DNA of 64,000 nucleotides. Source: Microbotryum violaceum (taxonomy: Eukaryota). The stretch spans positions 2,108,001 to 2,172,000 of the forward strand of contig CDLV01000008.1 in assembly GCA_001244265.2 (NCBI GenBank). Direction: 5' to 3'. How positions within the stretch are numbered: the first letter of the stretch is position 1; each line of letters opens with the position of its first letter. Both the position numbers and the translations under genes were made by a program. Under the pieces are notes generated by a model. It worked only from the letters and a program-made list of their open reading frames with translations. It was not told where the DNA came from and ran no database searches. Positions 1-13,697 of this stretch are shown here, piece after piece.

Positions 1-1386
1 GGTCGAACAGGGACCGACGTGGGTTCGTCGGGTCGCCACGAGCTGGGTCCGGCGTGAAGAGCGACTGTGCGTGCCGTGAAGCAATACCCAGCGCCTCCTG
101 CATGTCAACGGTCTCGGTGCCATCCACATCCTCCAGCGAGACGATGCTCGTCTGGCGACTCCGGCGGTTGAGACGCGTGCGAATGCTTGCCGATTGACCT
201 TCCCTCGAGTCGACTGACGGCACATGCGCACGAATGCGCAGCCACTGAGCCTCCTTTACCGCCAACTGGTCCAACCGCGACTTGGCAAAAGCATACGCAT
301 CGCGCTCGGCCTCATTCATGTGCTCACCGCGTGCCTCCAAAGCCTCCATGACGGATTGGCTCTCGGACCGCAGTCGGCGCATGTCGGCACGAGTCGAGCG
401 GTATCGTGCATGGCCAGCGACTGCAACCGCCCGCAGAGCGGCGTCATAGACGTCGCCGAGCGGAGCGGTCCCCTCGAGCCTTCGATAGACCTCGTCGACG
501 ACCCCGGGAATCGATGCGACAAAGTCTTGATCGTCAAAGACCGTTGGGTTGAGCCTCGAAATGAAATCGCTCGTAGAGGGAAGAGAAAGGGGGGTTCGGC
601 ATCAGCGTTCGACGTAGGCAATGCGAAAGTCGCAACTACAGGTCTGTGGTCCGAACAGGGCGCGTCGAAGAGCGTAGAAGCGCTCAACAACCGGTTTGCC
701 CAACTGCATTGGACAAGAATATAGTCGATCCGCGACCACGAGCAAATCTTTCGCTCCTCCCCTCTACCACGGTAGTGAGGACGAGTGAATGCGGGGGTGC
801 AAGAATGGACATGTCGGACCGTGTCGAGTGCCTTGAACGCGATCTTTGACAGCAAAGTCTGCCAGTGCGATACAGGAGTCCAAGCGCGATCGGTGATGGA
901 CACTCGGTCGACCGATACATCCGGACAATCATTGAGATCGCCGGCCAAGATCCGAAGAGTCTTGGGTCTCGGGGCGTTGAAATGCAGGAGCCCGAAAAAG
1001 TCGCGACGATCGTCCTCCTGTACCGGCGCGTACATGTTGATGATCTCAACATCGAGCTCCTCAAGACGAAACACCGAGCGCAGAATCCGACCGTCGAAAC
1101 GAGGAGCTCCTGCAAAGACGACCGGGGTAGAGGAAAGGAGATGGCCCGCCAAAGGTGAGCCATCGGGTATGAGGGTAAGGACATGAGGAGTGAAACGAAT
1201 ACAAGCCCCTGGCCAAGCACTCTCGAAGCCTTCGCGCGACGCGTTGTAGCTGAGGTGGTGCTCTTGCAGGAGAATGGCCGCAGGGGCCGGCCGAAGGGTT
1301 TTGAGATAGCGGATGATTTTGACTTGGTTGACTGCGTTCTTGATCGATCGGACGTTGAACGTCAACACGGTGAGAGACTCAATCAT
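1..1386 (-). CDS. LINE B ORF2 N-terminus: AP-like endonuclease (partial, frameshift near 590)
   Basis: APE motifs TFNVRS, LLQEHH, NMYAP, GDLND, SRIDY, SDHRPV. Confidence 0.9.
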
Positions 1387-3060
1387 GAATAAATTGGATC
1401 AGCGCCGCCCCCTCGAATTCGGTCATCTCGGACCTGTGACCCCCTGAGCCGTCACCCCCTGATGCACCGAGGATCATGGCGGATCCCGCCCGGGTGACAC
1501 GTCGGTTGCCGGGTGCCGAGCTCGAACGAAGGCGTCGAGGACTCGTCGAGGCTATCGAGGTCGTCGAGGTTGCCGATGATTCCGACGTGCCACCGGACAA
1601 AGGCGATGCCGGAGCAGAAGCAGAAGGCGAAGGAGAGGTCGGGGTCGAAACGGGCGCCGCTGTCGTCGTCTGCGTCTCCTTTGTTGGGCCCGTGGTCGCA
1701 CGGGTCAACGTCTCTTTCCCAGTGTCGCCGCCCTCCGGTTCGGTCGAAGCGACCGATTCGCCGTCGTCGTCGTCGTCGTCACTGTCGCCGTCGTTCGCAT
1801 CGTCCTTGTTGCCGGTCGCTGCACCTGCGGGGTTAGCACGAGGTCCCAGCTGGATCATGTTCGTGCCAGAGGCACGAGAGTTCAATGCGGCGGGCCCACC
1901 GTGCTTCCCATTCTTTCCAGCAACTCGGAAGCCGGTGGTCGAAGTCGAAGTCGAAGTCGAGGCCCCCGGAACAGGGGCGGCGGTGGCCGGAGTCGAAACC
2001 GGCTTCCTGCAAGCCCCCCACTGGTGTCCAGCGCGATCGCACACGGCGCAGTAGTGCGTCTCAAATTCGTGTCGCAAGCCGTACTTGGCGCCCAGGATCT
2101 CGATCTCTTGTGGCAAGGCGGCGTTGAGCGCAGCCTTCTGCGTCTCGGTGGAGCCTTGGAAAAGATCAGCATGTAAGCGAAGGTACGCGCAGTGGAACCC
2201 GTCTTCGGTCATGGCCATCGGGTCACCGTTCGGATCGACCGCGAGGCCCCGCTGTAATTGCATGAGGGTATACCCTTGCGTGAAACCAGCGTGGCCAAAG
2301 GAGGAAGTGAGAGCATCTTCGAGAGATTTTCGGAGCACGGAAGCGGGAATCGCGCTGGAAGAGGAGGGTAAGGTGAATCGCACCTGGACGATGTGGTTTA
2401 GGGGGAAACACTCGGGAGCTCGGTGACCATCTCTTTTCCGTGATAGGGGAATGGACCCGCTGCAGCGGCTTCGAGACAGGCCTGGTCGGATTCGAACACG
2501 AGCTCGTACATATGACGAGCAATCGGGAACCTCTTTGTTGCCTTCGTCACGATCGTGTTCAGCTTCACACATTTCGAGAAGAGCTTCTCGACCTCGGGGT
2601 CAAGCTCGGCGCCCTCGGGCCGCGCGAACATGAATGGCGTCTCGGCCAGCCCAAAGTGCTTACGCAGCGCAATCTGTACAGGGCCTCTTGGGGACCCAGT
2701 ACCATCCATGATGACTCGGATCACGTTGGAGGCCGGCATCGCGTTGTTTCGTACCGCCCTTTGAGCAGCTCGTGCGAGAGCCGGCGCCTGCGAAGGCGGG
2801 CTGGAAGGGTCATACAACAGTACCATCAGCCGGCGGGTCGACTTGGAGGATGGTACGATGCCAAGGGCTTTGAAAGCCTTCTGCATCGACTTCTCATGGT
2901 CCAATCGAGCCCGAGAAGCCTGGGCAGACCAGGCTGGAGGATTAACGGTTCCTCCAGTGACCGTCTCACGGGTTTCCGTGTTGAGTGATTCATCTCTCAA
3001 CACGTCACCAGCCCACGGAGCGTTGGGCGGGTGCGGGGGTGGGCCGGGCGGATCCGGCAT
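1379..3060 (-). CDS. LINE B ORF1 (gag-like, zinc knuckle; frameshift near 2400)
   Basis: CAVCDRAGHQWGAC knuckle and acidic/Ser-Thr-rich tail; stop overlaps the ORF2 ATG. Confidence 0.85.
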
Positions 3061-3116
3061 CACTTCTTGTAGTCGTGCTGTAGCTCTTGAAGCGGTTGGT
3101 AGGCGACTGTACACGA

Positions 3117-4718
3117 TTTTTTTTTTTTTTTGACTGGGGCTCATAAATTGCAATCCTTCGGGTTGGCTGGGACCGCTACAAAAAGAGCTAAAGGAGGTTA
3201 TAAAGCAACGACGGCAAGCAGTTGGGTGAAAGTCAAACCCCTGCGCGCAAAGAGCGCTGCGCAGATCAAAACCCGCCGAGCACCTAACGCGGACTCCAAC
3301 GGGCGGTGAGTACTGCTGCCGCTTCACGTCCCAAGCGCGGGAGCGAAGATACTCGAAAACCAAGCAAGAGCGCCTAGAGAAAGAAGGGGGAGAGTATACG
3401 GAAAGTCACGACTGGGGATACGGAGAACCAGGAATACTAAGACAGAGAGGAGGGGAACACACCCGAGGGGCCAAGGTAGGGGGTCGAAGCCGGAGGTAGA
3501 GGTCCCCAGGGACTAACAGGCCGCAGCCAAGCCCCAGCTACTCGTCACCCCGACAGCGCCTGATGTCCTCCCTTGGCTGAATCTCGAGTGCTGGCTGTTG
3601 AGCCGTCGGGGCCGAGAGAAAAGCGATCCAGTACAACGAAACGAGCCTCGCGTTGACGGGAGGATATTGACCAGAAACGAGCGACCTTCCTTCCGAGCCA
3701 TGCCGTAGATCTTGACCAACGCGAACGAACGAACCATTCAACGGAATCCAACACACGGCTTAGGAGTAAAAGGAGAAGTGGCTGAAGCGTAGTCAACAAT
3801 TGAGCAACAGGAACGAGAAGAGGAAGGGAAGGGAAAAAGGGGGGAAAGGAGAGGGAAAAACTTCACAAAGCCTTCAACGCAAAGACAATCGACCTGGCTT
3901 GCCGATCCATCCAAGAACAAAAAACCGCTACTGCGCAAAGTAGAGAGAGAGAGGGAGAGGTGCGCAGCCTTCCACTGCGCAACAAGTTCCAAGACAGTCA
4001 GCTTCTAAAAGAGGAGTCGACCTCCGAAAAAGAAGGGAGGAAAGGAGGGGAGGAAAATGGGAAGGAAGGACTTAACTCGGTCATCACACCTCCCAATCTC
4101 GAGCCCCAGGCACAAAACCCGCTCGAGAGAGAAAATCTCGCTCGAACGCTCTGAGTGCACTGGGGAGCGAGGGAGGGGCCACGACCTTGTCCAGCTCGAA
4201 CCGCTGATGAACGCGCCAGCGGAGCAGGTGCAGCCGCTGGAAGCCGATCGCGCAAGCCAGCCGAACCCACATCCATTTCGAGGTCGTTCTCCCACGACCC
4301 CGCAAAAGGGGGAGCCCCATAGTCAGCTGCTCCGGAGTGAACGTCGACGGATCGACGTCGGTATCCTCGATGCCCAGCTTGTCGAACAGAATGCGAAGCA
4401 CCCCACCCCAGAAGCTGGTCGAGTACGCGCACTCGAAGAAGTAGTGCGACACCGTCTCGATGACCGCTGCATCGTTGCCGCAGAACAGACACGTCGGCGA
4501 AGAGGCATGACCCTGAGTATGCTGCCTCTTGCGCGTCGGCGTCACGTCGTACATGAGCCGCCAGTGGGTGTCCTGCTCCACAGCAGACGCAAACCGGTCA
4601 TGAAGCCATCTCCAGAAGCGTTTCCTATCGCTCTGAGAAGTCCCATCACGGAAACGCTTGACACGATCCTCCCTCCCTGGGAACCGAACCACGTTCACAA
4701 GCCGACGAAGCTTGCGAA
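3117..4718 (-). mobile_element. LINE B, 5'-truncated copy (mirror of 20888-22488)
   Basis: C-terminal CxxC..HxFFxC domain, ~950 bp 3'UTR, poly(T) 3117-3131 on + strand. Confidence 0.93.
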
Positions 4719-5376
4719 TTTTTTTTTTTTGTAGAAAACGTTCATCATATTGCCCCCAGTTCCTGTTCCCCCTGTTTTGGCCTACGGAAAAACTAGATGG
4801 AAGACTACGATGATAACACAAACCGCCCGCAAAAGTGCGAGAAACGAGCCAAGTCCACCAATCCGAGATTCGGATTCAAATGCCCTAGCCAAGCGGTTGC
4901 TCCCCCCCGGAGACTAATGAGAGAGAGAAAGAGAGATGAAGAGAAAAAGAAAGAAAAGAAATGTACTAACGACAGAAGGCCCACCCCACAGCCACTTCCC
5001 ACTCGGTCGAGACGAAGACAAGAGCACGACTGCGCAACCACCACGACCCTCGACGCTCCAAGTCTCTGCTCAGTCACAACAAGACGCGGTGAAGGTCCCT
5101 CAAAACCTCCCCCATCGGCAGTCCCTGGCCCCTCAAAGCCGACTTTCTGCCTGTGTCCGCTGATCCCTCCCTTGACTCAGAACCCCGAAGCCGAAGAGCG
5201 CGAGCCACACCGAGTCGACGCCAAATCGCGAGATGGTCCATGATCCGCAACGATGAACCTGTAACAAATGAAAGATGAAAGCGATCTATTTAGTGTACAG
5301 TAGGAGAAAATGATGTCACGAGAATTTGGTGTGTGTGTGTGTGTAGTGGTGGTGGGGGGAAAGTCGAACCCAGCCT

Positions 5377-8300
5377 CTACTGCCCTCTCCTCCCCCAAGC
5401 TCCTCCCGCCCTCAGCTTCAACCTCTCCTCCAAGATGATCCTCCTCCTCCCAACACCCTCCATCCTCGTCCCCCACTTCTGCATCCCCCACCTCCCGCTG
5501 CTGATCATCTCCAAGACCAGCCCGGTGAATATTTCGATCGTCCTCCCCGCTCCTTCTTGATCGCGTAGACTGGCCTTGAGCTTCGGAAGTCCGAACATGC
5601 GTTGAACAGCCGTGTAATGCGTGTTGTCGATCGTGTCGAGCCCCAGTGCGTCGCAGAGCACGCTCCTTGCCGCTATCCAAACGTTCCCAGAGTCAACGCA
5701 GTCGAAAAAGTAGTGGTCGGTGTCGTCCACCGGCGCTTCGCAGACAAGGCACGCGGGAGAAGTGTCGTGATTCTGTTGGTGTTGCAGCTTGCGCGTCGGG
5801 GTGAAGCGGAGAATCAGCTTGAACCAAACTTCCCTCTCCCTCGCCGTCAGTGCCTTCGAGTTGACCGCCTTCCAAAAGCTCCTGAGGTCGTCCGGCTGCG
5901 GTGGTCCCTTGAGCCCGAGCGTGTTGGTAAAGGCCTTCGCGTTCAGGACCCGGCGGATGCGACGGATGGTGTACGGTCGAGCCATGTTCAGCAGCTTGTA
6001 CTGGCTCGCCTGCTGTGGAAGCACCGGGTCCGGAAGGCGCTGCTCCATTGCGAAGCGGGCCACGGGCTTGGGGAGAATCGCCTCGAGTGGTGCGCTGGTG
6101 CCGATCCGGGGAGGCACGTTGAGCCGTCCTGCCGCCACCGCCACCGCCAAGGGCGTGTTCTTGTGTCGATCGACAGTGAACCGGTACCAGGCCGCGATTG
6201 CCAGTCGCTGCGGGAGCCCGCGTCGATCGTACTCGCTGTTGTCGCCGAGCACATCCGCCGGCGGCGTCCAAAGGTGAAACCCCCCACCCGCATACAACTC
6301 GCGCCGGTAAAGATCCGCCACCTTCGGGTAGCCCTGGAGACGAAGGTAGTCAGGTATATGAACCGCGTCGATGGTCTGTCTCCCTCTGATGGGGGTGTGG
6401 AGGCTGCCGAGCAAGGTGGGAAGCGCGAGCAGGTTCGCGGTGGTCAAGGTCCTCGGGTTGACCTGCGCGTCTTGCTGTTTCGGAACCCCCAAAGCTGCTC
6501 GCCATCGGGGATGGAGGTCGCTGGGGATGGGAGTGGATGGATGTGGCCAGAGATCGGTGGCCAGGTCGAGGTCGGACTGAGCTCGCTGGAGTGCCGCGCG
6601 CGCAAGTCCTTGCCAGATCGCGCCCGAACCGCCGAGAAGAACGTCCCAGATCCGTGCCGCAACCGCGTCCACGACGTCCTGCATCCTGATCACCCCGAGT
6701 CCCCCTTGAGCTTGGCTGTGAACACGATATCTCTGCCGTAGCTGGTCCTGCCCTTGCCCCCACGGACGAAATCGACGAGCATGTCATCGAGCTTCTTGAC
6801 GACTTCGGGCGGCGGGATGTCGGCTGCAAGAAAGTGCAGGATCTTGGGGATGGCGTACCGATTGACGTAAAAGGCACGGGTGTGGTGTGTGAGCCAGCGA
6901 TGCTGAACCCCCTCCAGCGTCGCCTCGAGGCGTTCGATGAGATTCGCGTAGGCGAGTTCGGTGTCGCCGCTCGGGTCGAAGGGGAGGCCGATCCACTCGA
7001 GCGACTCGCCTGCGGCCTTGACGACGAGCGGGCGTTGCCCCGGGTCCCAGCGGCGTCCGATCGGTAGGACGACCGTCTTGTCCGTGTTGAGCCGGCCATT
7101 CGTTGCATGCCTCCAGTCGAGCGCCAGGTCATCGAGCAAGTTGAGTGACCCCAAGCCCGCGACGGCGACGACAACGTCATCGGCAAAAGCAAGCGATGTA
7201 ATGGCGCGGCTCTGTGGGTACGGATGAAGTGCAGGTATGGAGAGATTCAGCGCGATGTTTCGACGGTGTAGAGCATCCAGAAACGGCTGAAACACGATGT
7301 CCCAGACCGACGACGACGCCGGGTCCCCTTGGCCGAGCCCACACGTCAGTCGTACCGGCGCCGTCAAGAACCCATTGATGATGTAGCGGGCCGAGGTCGA
7401 GTCACCCGAGTAGAGCATCCTCAGCACGCGAAGAAAGGTGGCAGGAGCGCCCAGAGCGTCAAAGATGGCAAAAATCCAGTCATGCTCGACGAGGTCGTAG
7501 GCGGACGATTGGTCAAGAGATAAGAGTGCGGCCGCGGGGAACTCGGTCCTGCGCGCGCCAACTTCCTCGATCAGGAGACGAAGGTGTAGTGCAGCGTCAG
7601 CCGATCGGCGGTCCTTGACGAATCCGTGCTGCTGCGGCGGGAGGAGATCCGGTAGAATCTGGTTCAAGCGGGCGACATAGACCTTGGTAAAGATCTTGTA
7701 AGCGCACTCGCGCAGGGTGATCGGCCGGTACGACGAAAGTTCGGCGCGATCGGCATTCTTCTTGTGTCGCTTGAAGATGAGGCGCACGAGTCCTTGGCCC
7801 TGCTTGGGAGAGAGTGAGCCTCGCTCTATCATCGTGTTGTAGGCCTTGGTCAGCACCTTGGCCCACGCCTTGGGTGCGGTCTGGTAGAGTTCGTAGGGCA
7901 CGCCCGACGGTCCCGGCGATCGCCCCGGGTGCGTCGTCCCGATCGCGGCCACGACCTCGTCCTCGGTGATTGGTCGCTGGAGTAAGTCGATCTGCGATTC
8001 CGAGAGTCGGCGCAGAAAGAGAGGATCCGAGCGCGGGTCGTCGCAAGTCCGCGCCGCCCTGATCGGCGCGAGGAATTCGTCCCGAAGTCGGTCGACGCGG
8101 TCCGGGTCACGAGGCTCGATGCGGTAGAGGCGCTGGAAATGCGCCTGCGTGTGGTCAAGAGCGACATCAATGTCATGCGTTAGCTCTCCGTTGCTCAAGC
8201 GCAGTGCTGTGATCTTGGAGTCCGAGTTCCGCGCCGCGAGCTTGGCGTGGACCGGCCGCGACAGTCGTTCCTCGGAGGCGATCTCGGGTACGTGGGCTCG

Positions 8301-9394
8301 GATCCGGAGTAGGCGCGCGCGCTCCTCGACCGCCCGCTTGAGTTCCTCGGACGTCCTTGTCCATTCTGCCGTTTCCGCCTCCCCCCATTCCGGTATCGCC
8401 TCCAGATCCTGCACCCTCCCCACCAAATACTCCATCCGTTCCGTCCGCTCCCGATGCAGCCTCCTCGCCATCTCCCCACCCCTATCCCTGCACGCCTTCA
8501 GAATGACCTCGAGCTCCCCACCGGTTCCTCCCCGCTTGCCCCTTCCAACCATCCTTCCATCATCCGCTGGAATTCCACCGTCTTAAAGGTTGTGGTGTTG
8601 ATTCGATGTAGTTGGTTTGATGTGGTAGGTAGGCTGAGCTGTGGGAGGGTCGCATCAGGATCGTCTGAGAGAGCCAGCACAATCAAGACCGGTCGGTGAT
8701 CGGAAAGCTCCTTGGGATAGTCGTAGATCGTCGAGGCCTGATCGAGTCTTTTTTGGTGTGTCCGTTGCAGGAGAAAGTAGTCAAGCCGGGAGAAGGAGTT
8801 GGGTCGCTTGCGATTGGGATTAGGTCGAGTGAAGGATGGGGTGATGGGGTGTTTGTAGCGGATGCAGTCCGTGTAGGCCGAGTCGAGCTTGCCGATCAGG
8901 ATTGGCCAGTGGTGGCCGCGCCGACTTTGGTTCCGCCGATCGACTTCTGGGCGCGGGCAGTCGTTGAGATCACCGCCAAGGAGTCGGAGGTGGGATTTCT
9001 GTGTTTTGTGAAATAAGAGTTTGTCAAAGAATTTCGCTCGTTGCTTTGGGTCAACGGGCGCGTAAACGTTGTTGATTTCTAGAATTTTGATGTCGCCCCG
9101 CAGTCGAAAGGACGTGACGAGGAGCCGGCCGTCGAGTGCCGAGTGGGTGCGCAAGAGCTCGGCGTCGATCAGGGGGGAGTCAGCCGGAATTAGAGTCAGA
9201 CAATGTTGGTTGATGAAGAGCTTGCCCTCGTACTCGTCCTTGATGAGTTGCCAGAGGTGCGGTCTGATGAAGTGCTCTTGTATGAGAATGGCCGATGCTT
9301 TGAAAAGGGATAGGTAGTCGTAAATGTCACGTCGTTTCTCCGGGACCCCCATGCCCCTCCTCACGTTCCAGGTGATGATGGTGTGCTTAATCAT
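5377..9394 (-). CDS. LINE A ORF2: endonuclease + reverse transcriptase + C-terminal zinc finger (homopolymer frameshifts near 8515 and 6700)
   Basis: TWNVR, GDLND, SDHRPV; SPGPSG, YRPITL, QHGF, LGQGDP, AFADD; CLVC..HYFFDC. Confidence 0.92.
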
Positions 9395-11641
9395 TAATGG
9401 GTAGTTGAGGTCGAAGCGCTCTTGGCGGTGGTGACGTCCTCAAAGAGGGGAGGGCGGGCAGGACATCGTCCTCGGGCTCGTGGTCGGACCATCTTTTCTC
9501 CTCGGCTACCCCCTTTGCTTTCCCTCGGTCCACTTTCGTCACGCCAACCGGCATCGCCGCCGCCGCTGACATCGACCTCGTCACCCTCCGCCCCTCTGTT
9601 CCATCCTTGACAACGACGCGGCTCTTCCCTTTGATGATCACTCGCTTGGCGTCGGTCGGTTCGTCACTCGGGTCACTGAGGTCCGCCGCAGTCTGCGACC
9701 TCTTCATTACCGGCTTTTTGAACTTCGAAGCGGTCCCCCTGATATTGATGGAACGTATCTCACCGTCCTCATCCCACGTGGCAAAGTTGTGACGCACCAA
9801 AGGGGTTTCAGCGTCGAGCCTCCTCTCGATGCTTTGGTCCCGCTCGAGTCGTGCCTGCTCAACCCAGTTAGCTCTGATCCTGTCCCACTCCTCCCCCTCG
9901 CGAAGCGACTTGGCAAGAGTTTCGGGTGACAAAGGTGGGGTTGGTTCGTGGGGTGTCGATTCGCGGGAAGCGGTGGCGGCGGTTGCGGTTGCGTCGCTGT
10001 CGTCGTCATTGTCCAGCCTGTTCGTCTCCCCTAAGTCCGTCGCTTCCGCGTTCTCCGCTTTCGTCGCTCCCCCTGCCTCGTCCACATCGTCCACCTCCGT
10101 CGCCACCTCCCTTTCCTCCATCTCCGTCGCCACCTTGCCTTCTGTTTCGCCCCTTCCATCCGCCATCACCTCATCCTCATCAATCACCTCTCCATCGGAT
10201 CCTCCGCAGTCCTCTAAAACCGACTCGTCCTCGCTCTTAAGTATGATGGCCTCCGTTTTCACGGTCGCCTCTGATTCCATCTCCGAGTCCTCCGAGTCCT
10301 CGTCATCCGCCTTATCACCAGCGTCCTCCTCCCCCGATTCCTCTGGCCCCTGTCCGCTCTGGCCAGTTACCGCTTCCTCCTGTCCCTCCTCAACCTCGAG
10401 CCCGGCGAAGCGATTCTGTGATGCGATCCTGTTAACAACCGGCACAGGAATGGGGGCCTCGGCCTCCGCAATGTTGGTGTCGTTGGTGATGGTGTTCTTG
10501 TTGGCGTTGGTGTTGCCGTTGCCGTTGCCGTTGTGAGCCTCCTTTCGCTTGCTCTCCTGATCCAGTCCGCAGGTTCCCACGTGACCAACGAAGTGGCACC
10601 TACCGCAAGCCGCCTCCTTCTCATAGTCATGGCGAAGGGCGGTGACGGGATGCCTCGAGTGGGAAGGCCGATTCTCGAAGGTAGGATCTCTTTCAAGGTC
10701 GTGTTAGGGCGTTTGAACAGGGAGTCGTCATCGAAGTGTAGGAAAGCTGAGTAGTCTCCGGCAACGTGGGCAAAGGCCGAGGCGTTGTCCACGCTGATAA
10801 TGCGCAGAACCTGCACAAGTTGGCACGAATGTCCCTTGCCTGACAAGTCCTGCACTAGTAATTGGAACGATTTGATGATGGCATCCATGGAAGGCACTCC
10901 TTGAACACCGACGTTGATTCGAAGCTCGACCATGTTATGGTGGAACCTGTGAGATTTCGCGAAGCGGGCCTTCGCCGATCGCCAAGTGAGAGCAGGGGGC
11001 GTCGTAAGCGCAGCGTCACGTGCCTCGCCGGTGACGAACCCAACGGTAACGCGATGGTGAGCCGCCCCATTACGCAGGATTGATGAATGTTGTACGCCTA
11101 GGATCTGTGGTCGATAGGCTGCAAGGTGGTCCGGCAGAGGAACTCCAGGCTCAAAGCAGATAGGAGAGATCGGCGATAACAGCCTCGTGACGCAGGCCAC
11201 GAGATCGGTCTTGTCGGCATGAGACGCTCGCGAGGCGCTCTGGTGAGACAGAGTCACTTCAAGGGCGTAATCAAAGATGTTCTCGACAGACCGGTTCGCG
11301 TTCAAGGCCGAGAATTTCAGCGATGTGGCGGTGGCGACGGGGTAGAGTTCGGCGAAGTAGATGGCCTGGACCCAACGATCCATGCGGTTTCCGGGTACAG
11401 CACCCATGGCTTGTAGGAGGCTGCCCAGAGCCTTGGAACGCTGTTGTTGTTGTTGCTGTTGTTCAGGTGACTGAGTCGCCTGACTCGCAGCGGCGGCATA
11501 GTTGGGTGCGGCGGTGGCGGGGCCCGTGGCTTGCGTCTTCTTCGAGCTTATCGGGATCTGGTCGCGAGGTGGCTGGACGCTGGTGGCGGACACCGGTGGT
11601 GGCGGTGCCAGCGGTGGGGACCCAGGGTCTCCTGTAGACAT
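9387..11641 (-). CDS. LINE A ORF1 (zinc knuckle, acidic region; frameshift near 10645)
   Basis: Mirror of 13970-16223; [13 protein letters not shown] knuckle when frames are joined. Confidence 0.85.
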
Positions 11642-11796
11642 CTTGTCGGTGTATCACTTGTTAACTCGAGTATCGAAGACTGCGGTAGGGCGATTTCGAA
11701 GTGAAGTGAAGTGGGGTGTGAATTTTTTTTGTGTGAAAATTAGAGAAAAAAAAAGCGGGAAGCATTTGCCAAAGTGGAACCAGCCGGCGCCCCACC

Positions 11797-11913
11797 GCCG
11801 TCATAGCACAGTGGTAGTTGCGCCTGCCTAGTAATTCGAGTCCCCTATTTCATTAGGGATTATGTAATTAGTAGTTTAGCAGGAGGTCGAGAGTTCAAGC
11901 CTCTCTGATGGCA
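11797..11913 (+). tRNA. tRNA-Thr(AGT) with 44-nt intron (11834-11877)
   Basis: Acceptor GCCGTCA/TGATGGC+A; D arm TAGCACAGTGGTAGTTGCG; anticodon stem CCTGC/GCAGG with loop CT-AGT-A and intron at canonical 37/38; T arm GAGAG-TTCAAGC-CTCTC; followed by oligo(T). Confidence 0.93.
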
Positions 11914-11932
11914 TTTTTTTTGTCATTTTTTT
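11914..11932 (+). terminator. Pol III oligo(T) terminator of tRNA-Thr
   Basis: T8 immediately after the tRNA and a second T run; mirror A runs at 13679-13697. Confidence 0.8.
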
Positions 11933-12041
11933 GTTCGCGAAACATGCCTATCCATTCGGTTTCCCTCAACTAGAAATCCAAAACCCGTGCGGCGTAAGCT
12001 CAAAGCCCTCCCTCTGGGAGGCGCGAGGCGCTTAGGACTTA

Positions 12042-12244
<203 letters not shown>

Positions 12245-12860
12245 CAACTAAGCCAAAAGTTCTATCGCCTTCCATTGTACCTCGGGCAAAGGCCTCAGGC
12301 CTTGCATTGCCCTCCGAAATTTCAGGGCCATTTCGGGGTGGTTCTCTGTAGCGTGGCAAGTACATACAATTATCCAAAACGCAGACATGCCATTGATCTT
12401 TTACTAGAAAAAATGGCCTTTGCCGAACGGCAAGAGGATACCTCATCTTTAGGCGAAGCTATAATGATCTGAAGTGTGTAAATTTGGTCGATTTGGTTCC
12501 CTGCTGCAGCCGCCGTCTTGCGCACTTCGGTGAATCGGTTTCTGTCCCGTCCCATTCCGCATCCCTCATCTTCTCGGTACTATGCTCTTCGCTTGTTCTC
12601 GGTGCAACACCCCGCTTATCTCAGAATGACGCGCAACCGCAGACGCTATGACTCGACGACTCGCCGGGATCGCCGCCGTCAGCCTGGCGGATCTATTCGC
12701 GATTTCGGCGTCACAAGCTCTCACTATGTCAATACCTCTCGTGGTATTTCAGCCCATCAACACAACACGATGGTGTTCACAATCATAGGCCAAAGCTCTT
12801 CAACAGTAATTGGACCCGGGAGCCGGAAGAAGGTGATGGAATTTTGGGGCTTAGTTGAAA

Positions 12861-13248
12861 AGCTTGCGCGCGCCTAGTACCTCTCTTGGCTTTCGCCAGC
12901 TGACTGCCTCGAGGTTCTAGGTGAGTGCACCAGTCCCCTATGTTTAGTATTGTAGCTGACTGCCTCGAGGTTCTAGACTTGAACTACGACTGTTTGATCC
13001 TCTCTATCTGAAAGGCACGAGATTGCTCTCGAGCCTCACTGGTTCCGAGTCCAAACTGAAAGGATCAAACGGTGTAATTCGCAGGCGAAGAAAGACTACT
13101 AAAAGGACTAAGGTCAAGAGACGCGGCGGCGCCGCGCGCGAGGGCAAGCGTGAGGTCGCAGAGGTCGGCTCGAGGTCGTCGTGAGGCGTAAGCGGAGCGG
13201 CGCCTTACACTATCGTTCTTGGAGCACGGCTGCACGCGGTGCTTCCAG
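12861..13248 (-). repeat. Repeat R, diverged inverted copy in the spacer, interrupted by a solo LTR
   Basis: AGCTTGCGCGCGCCTAG...TTTGATCCTCTCTATC [insertion] GTTCTTGGAGCAC...GTGCTTCCAG aligns with 13366-13547. Confidence 0.85.
13009..13209. mobile_element. Solo LTR (201 bp)
   Basis: TG...CA ends with imperfect inverted termini TGAAAGGC/GCCTTACA; 5-bp TSD CTATC (13004-13008 and 13210-13214); uninterrupted empty site visible in the copy at ~13510. Confidence 0.85.
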
Positions 13249-13365
13249 ATTGGATCACCAACCAGGTGGGTAACACTCCAGCATATCAGCTCAGTCTACA
13301 AGAACGCGGCAAGGCCTCTTGAACACTTGCAACCTACCTGTGCAGTCTGACTCAATCATTGTGAA

Positions 13366-13547
13366 AATAGCTTGCGCGCGCCTAGAACCTCCCTTGGCTT
13401 TCGCCAGCTCACTGACCCGAGGTTCTAGGTGGGTGCCCCTTTTCTCATATGTGTAGTATGCTAGCTCACTGACCCGAGGTTCTAGTGAATTACTATTGTT
13501 TGATCCTGTCTATCGTTCTGGAGCACCGCTGCACGCGGTGCTTCCAG
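13366..13547 (-). repeat. Repeat R, copy at inner end of right arm
   Basis: Reverse complement of 12064-12244. Confidence 0.85.
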
Positions 13548-13697
13548 GCAACTGGGCCGGGCGCGCGGATAAGTCCTAAGCGCCTCGCGCCTCCCAGAGG
13601 GAGGGCTTTGAGCTTACGCCGCACGGGTTTTGGATTTCTAGTTGAGGGAAACCGAATGGATAGGCATGTTTCGCGAACAAAAAAATGACAAAAAAAA

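Larger units (their letters stand above)
1..3116 (-). mobile_element. LINE family B, 5' part (mirror of 22489-25604), cut by window edge
   Basis: ORF1 (3060-1379) and the endonuclease part of ORF2 (from 1386) mirror the right-arm copy. Confidence 0.93.
4719..11722 (-). mobile_element. LINE family A, full length (mirror of 13889-20887)
   Basis: ORF1 11641-9387, ORF2 9394-5377, 3'UTR, poly(T) 4719-4730. Confidence 0.93.

Noticed and set aside
12518-12877. 119-aa ORF in the palindrome spacer
   Set aside because: Non-ATG start, no recognisable motif, and it runs into repeat R.
12245-13365. Telomere fusion or hairpin telomere at the palindrome centre
   Set aside because: No telomeric repeats; the spacer is 1.1 kb of non-palindromic DNA, and tRNA genes lie between the arrays and the centre.
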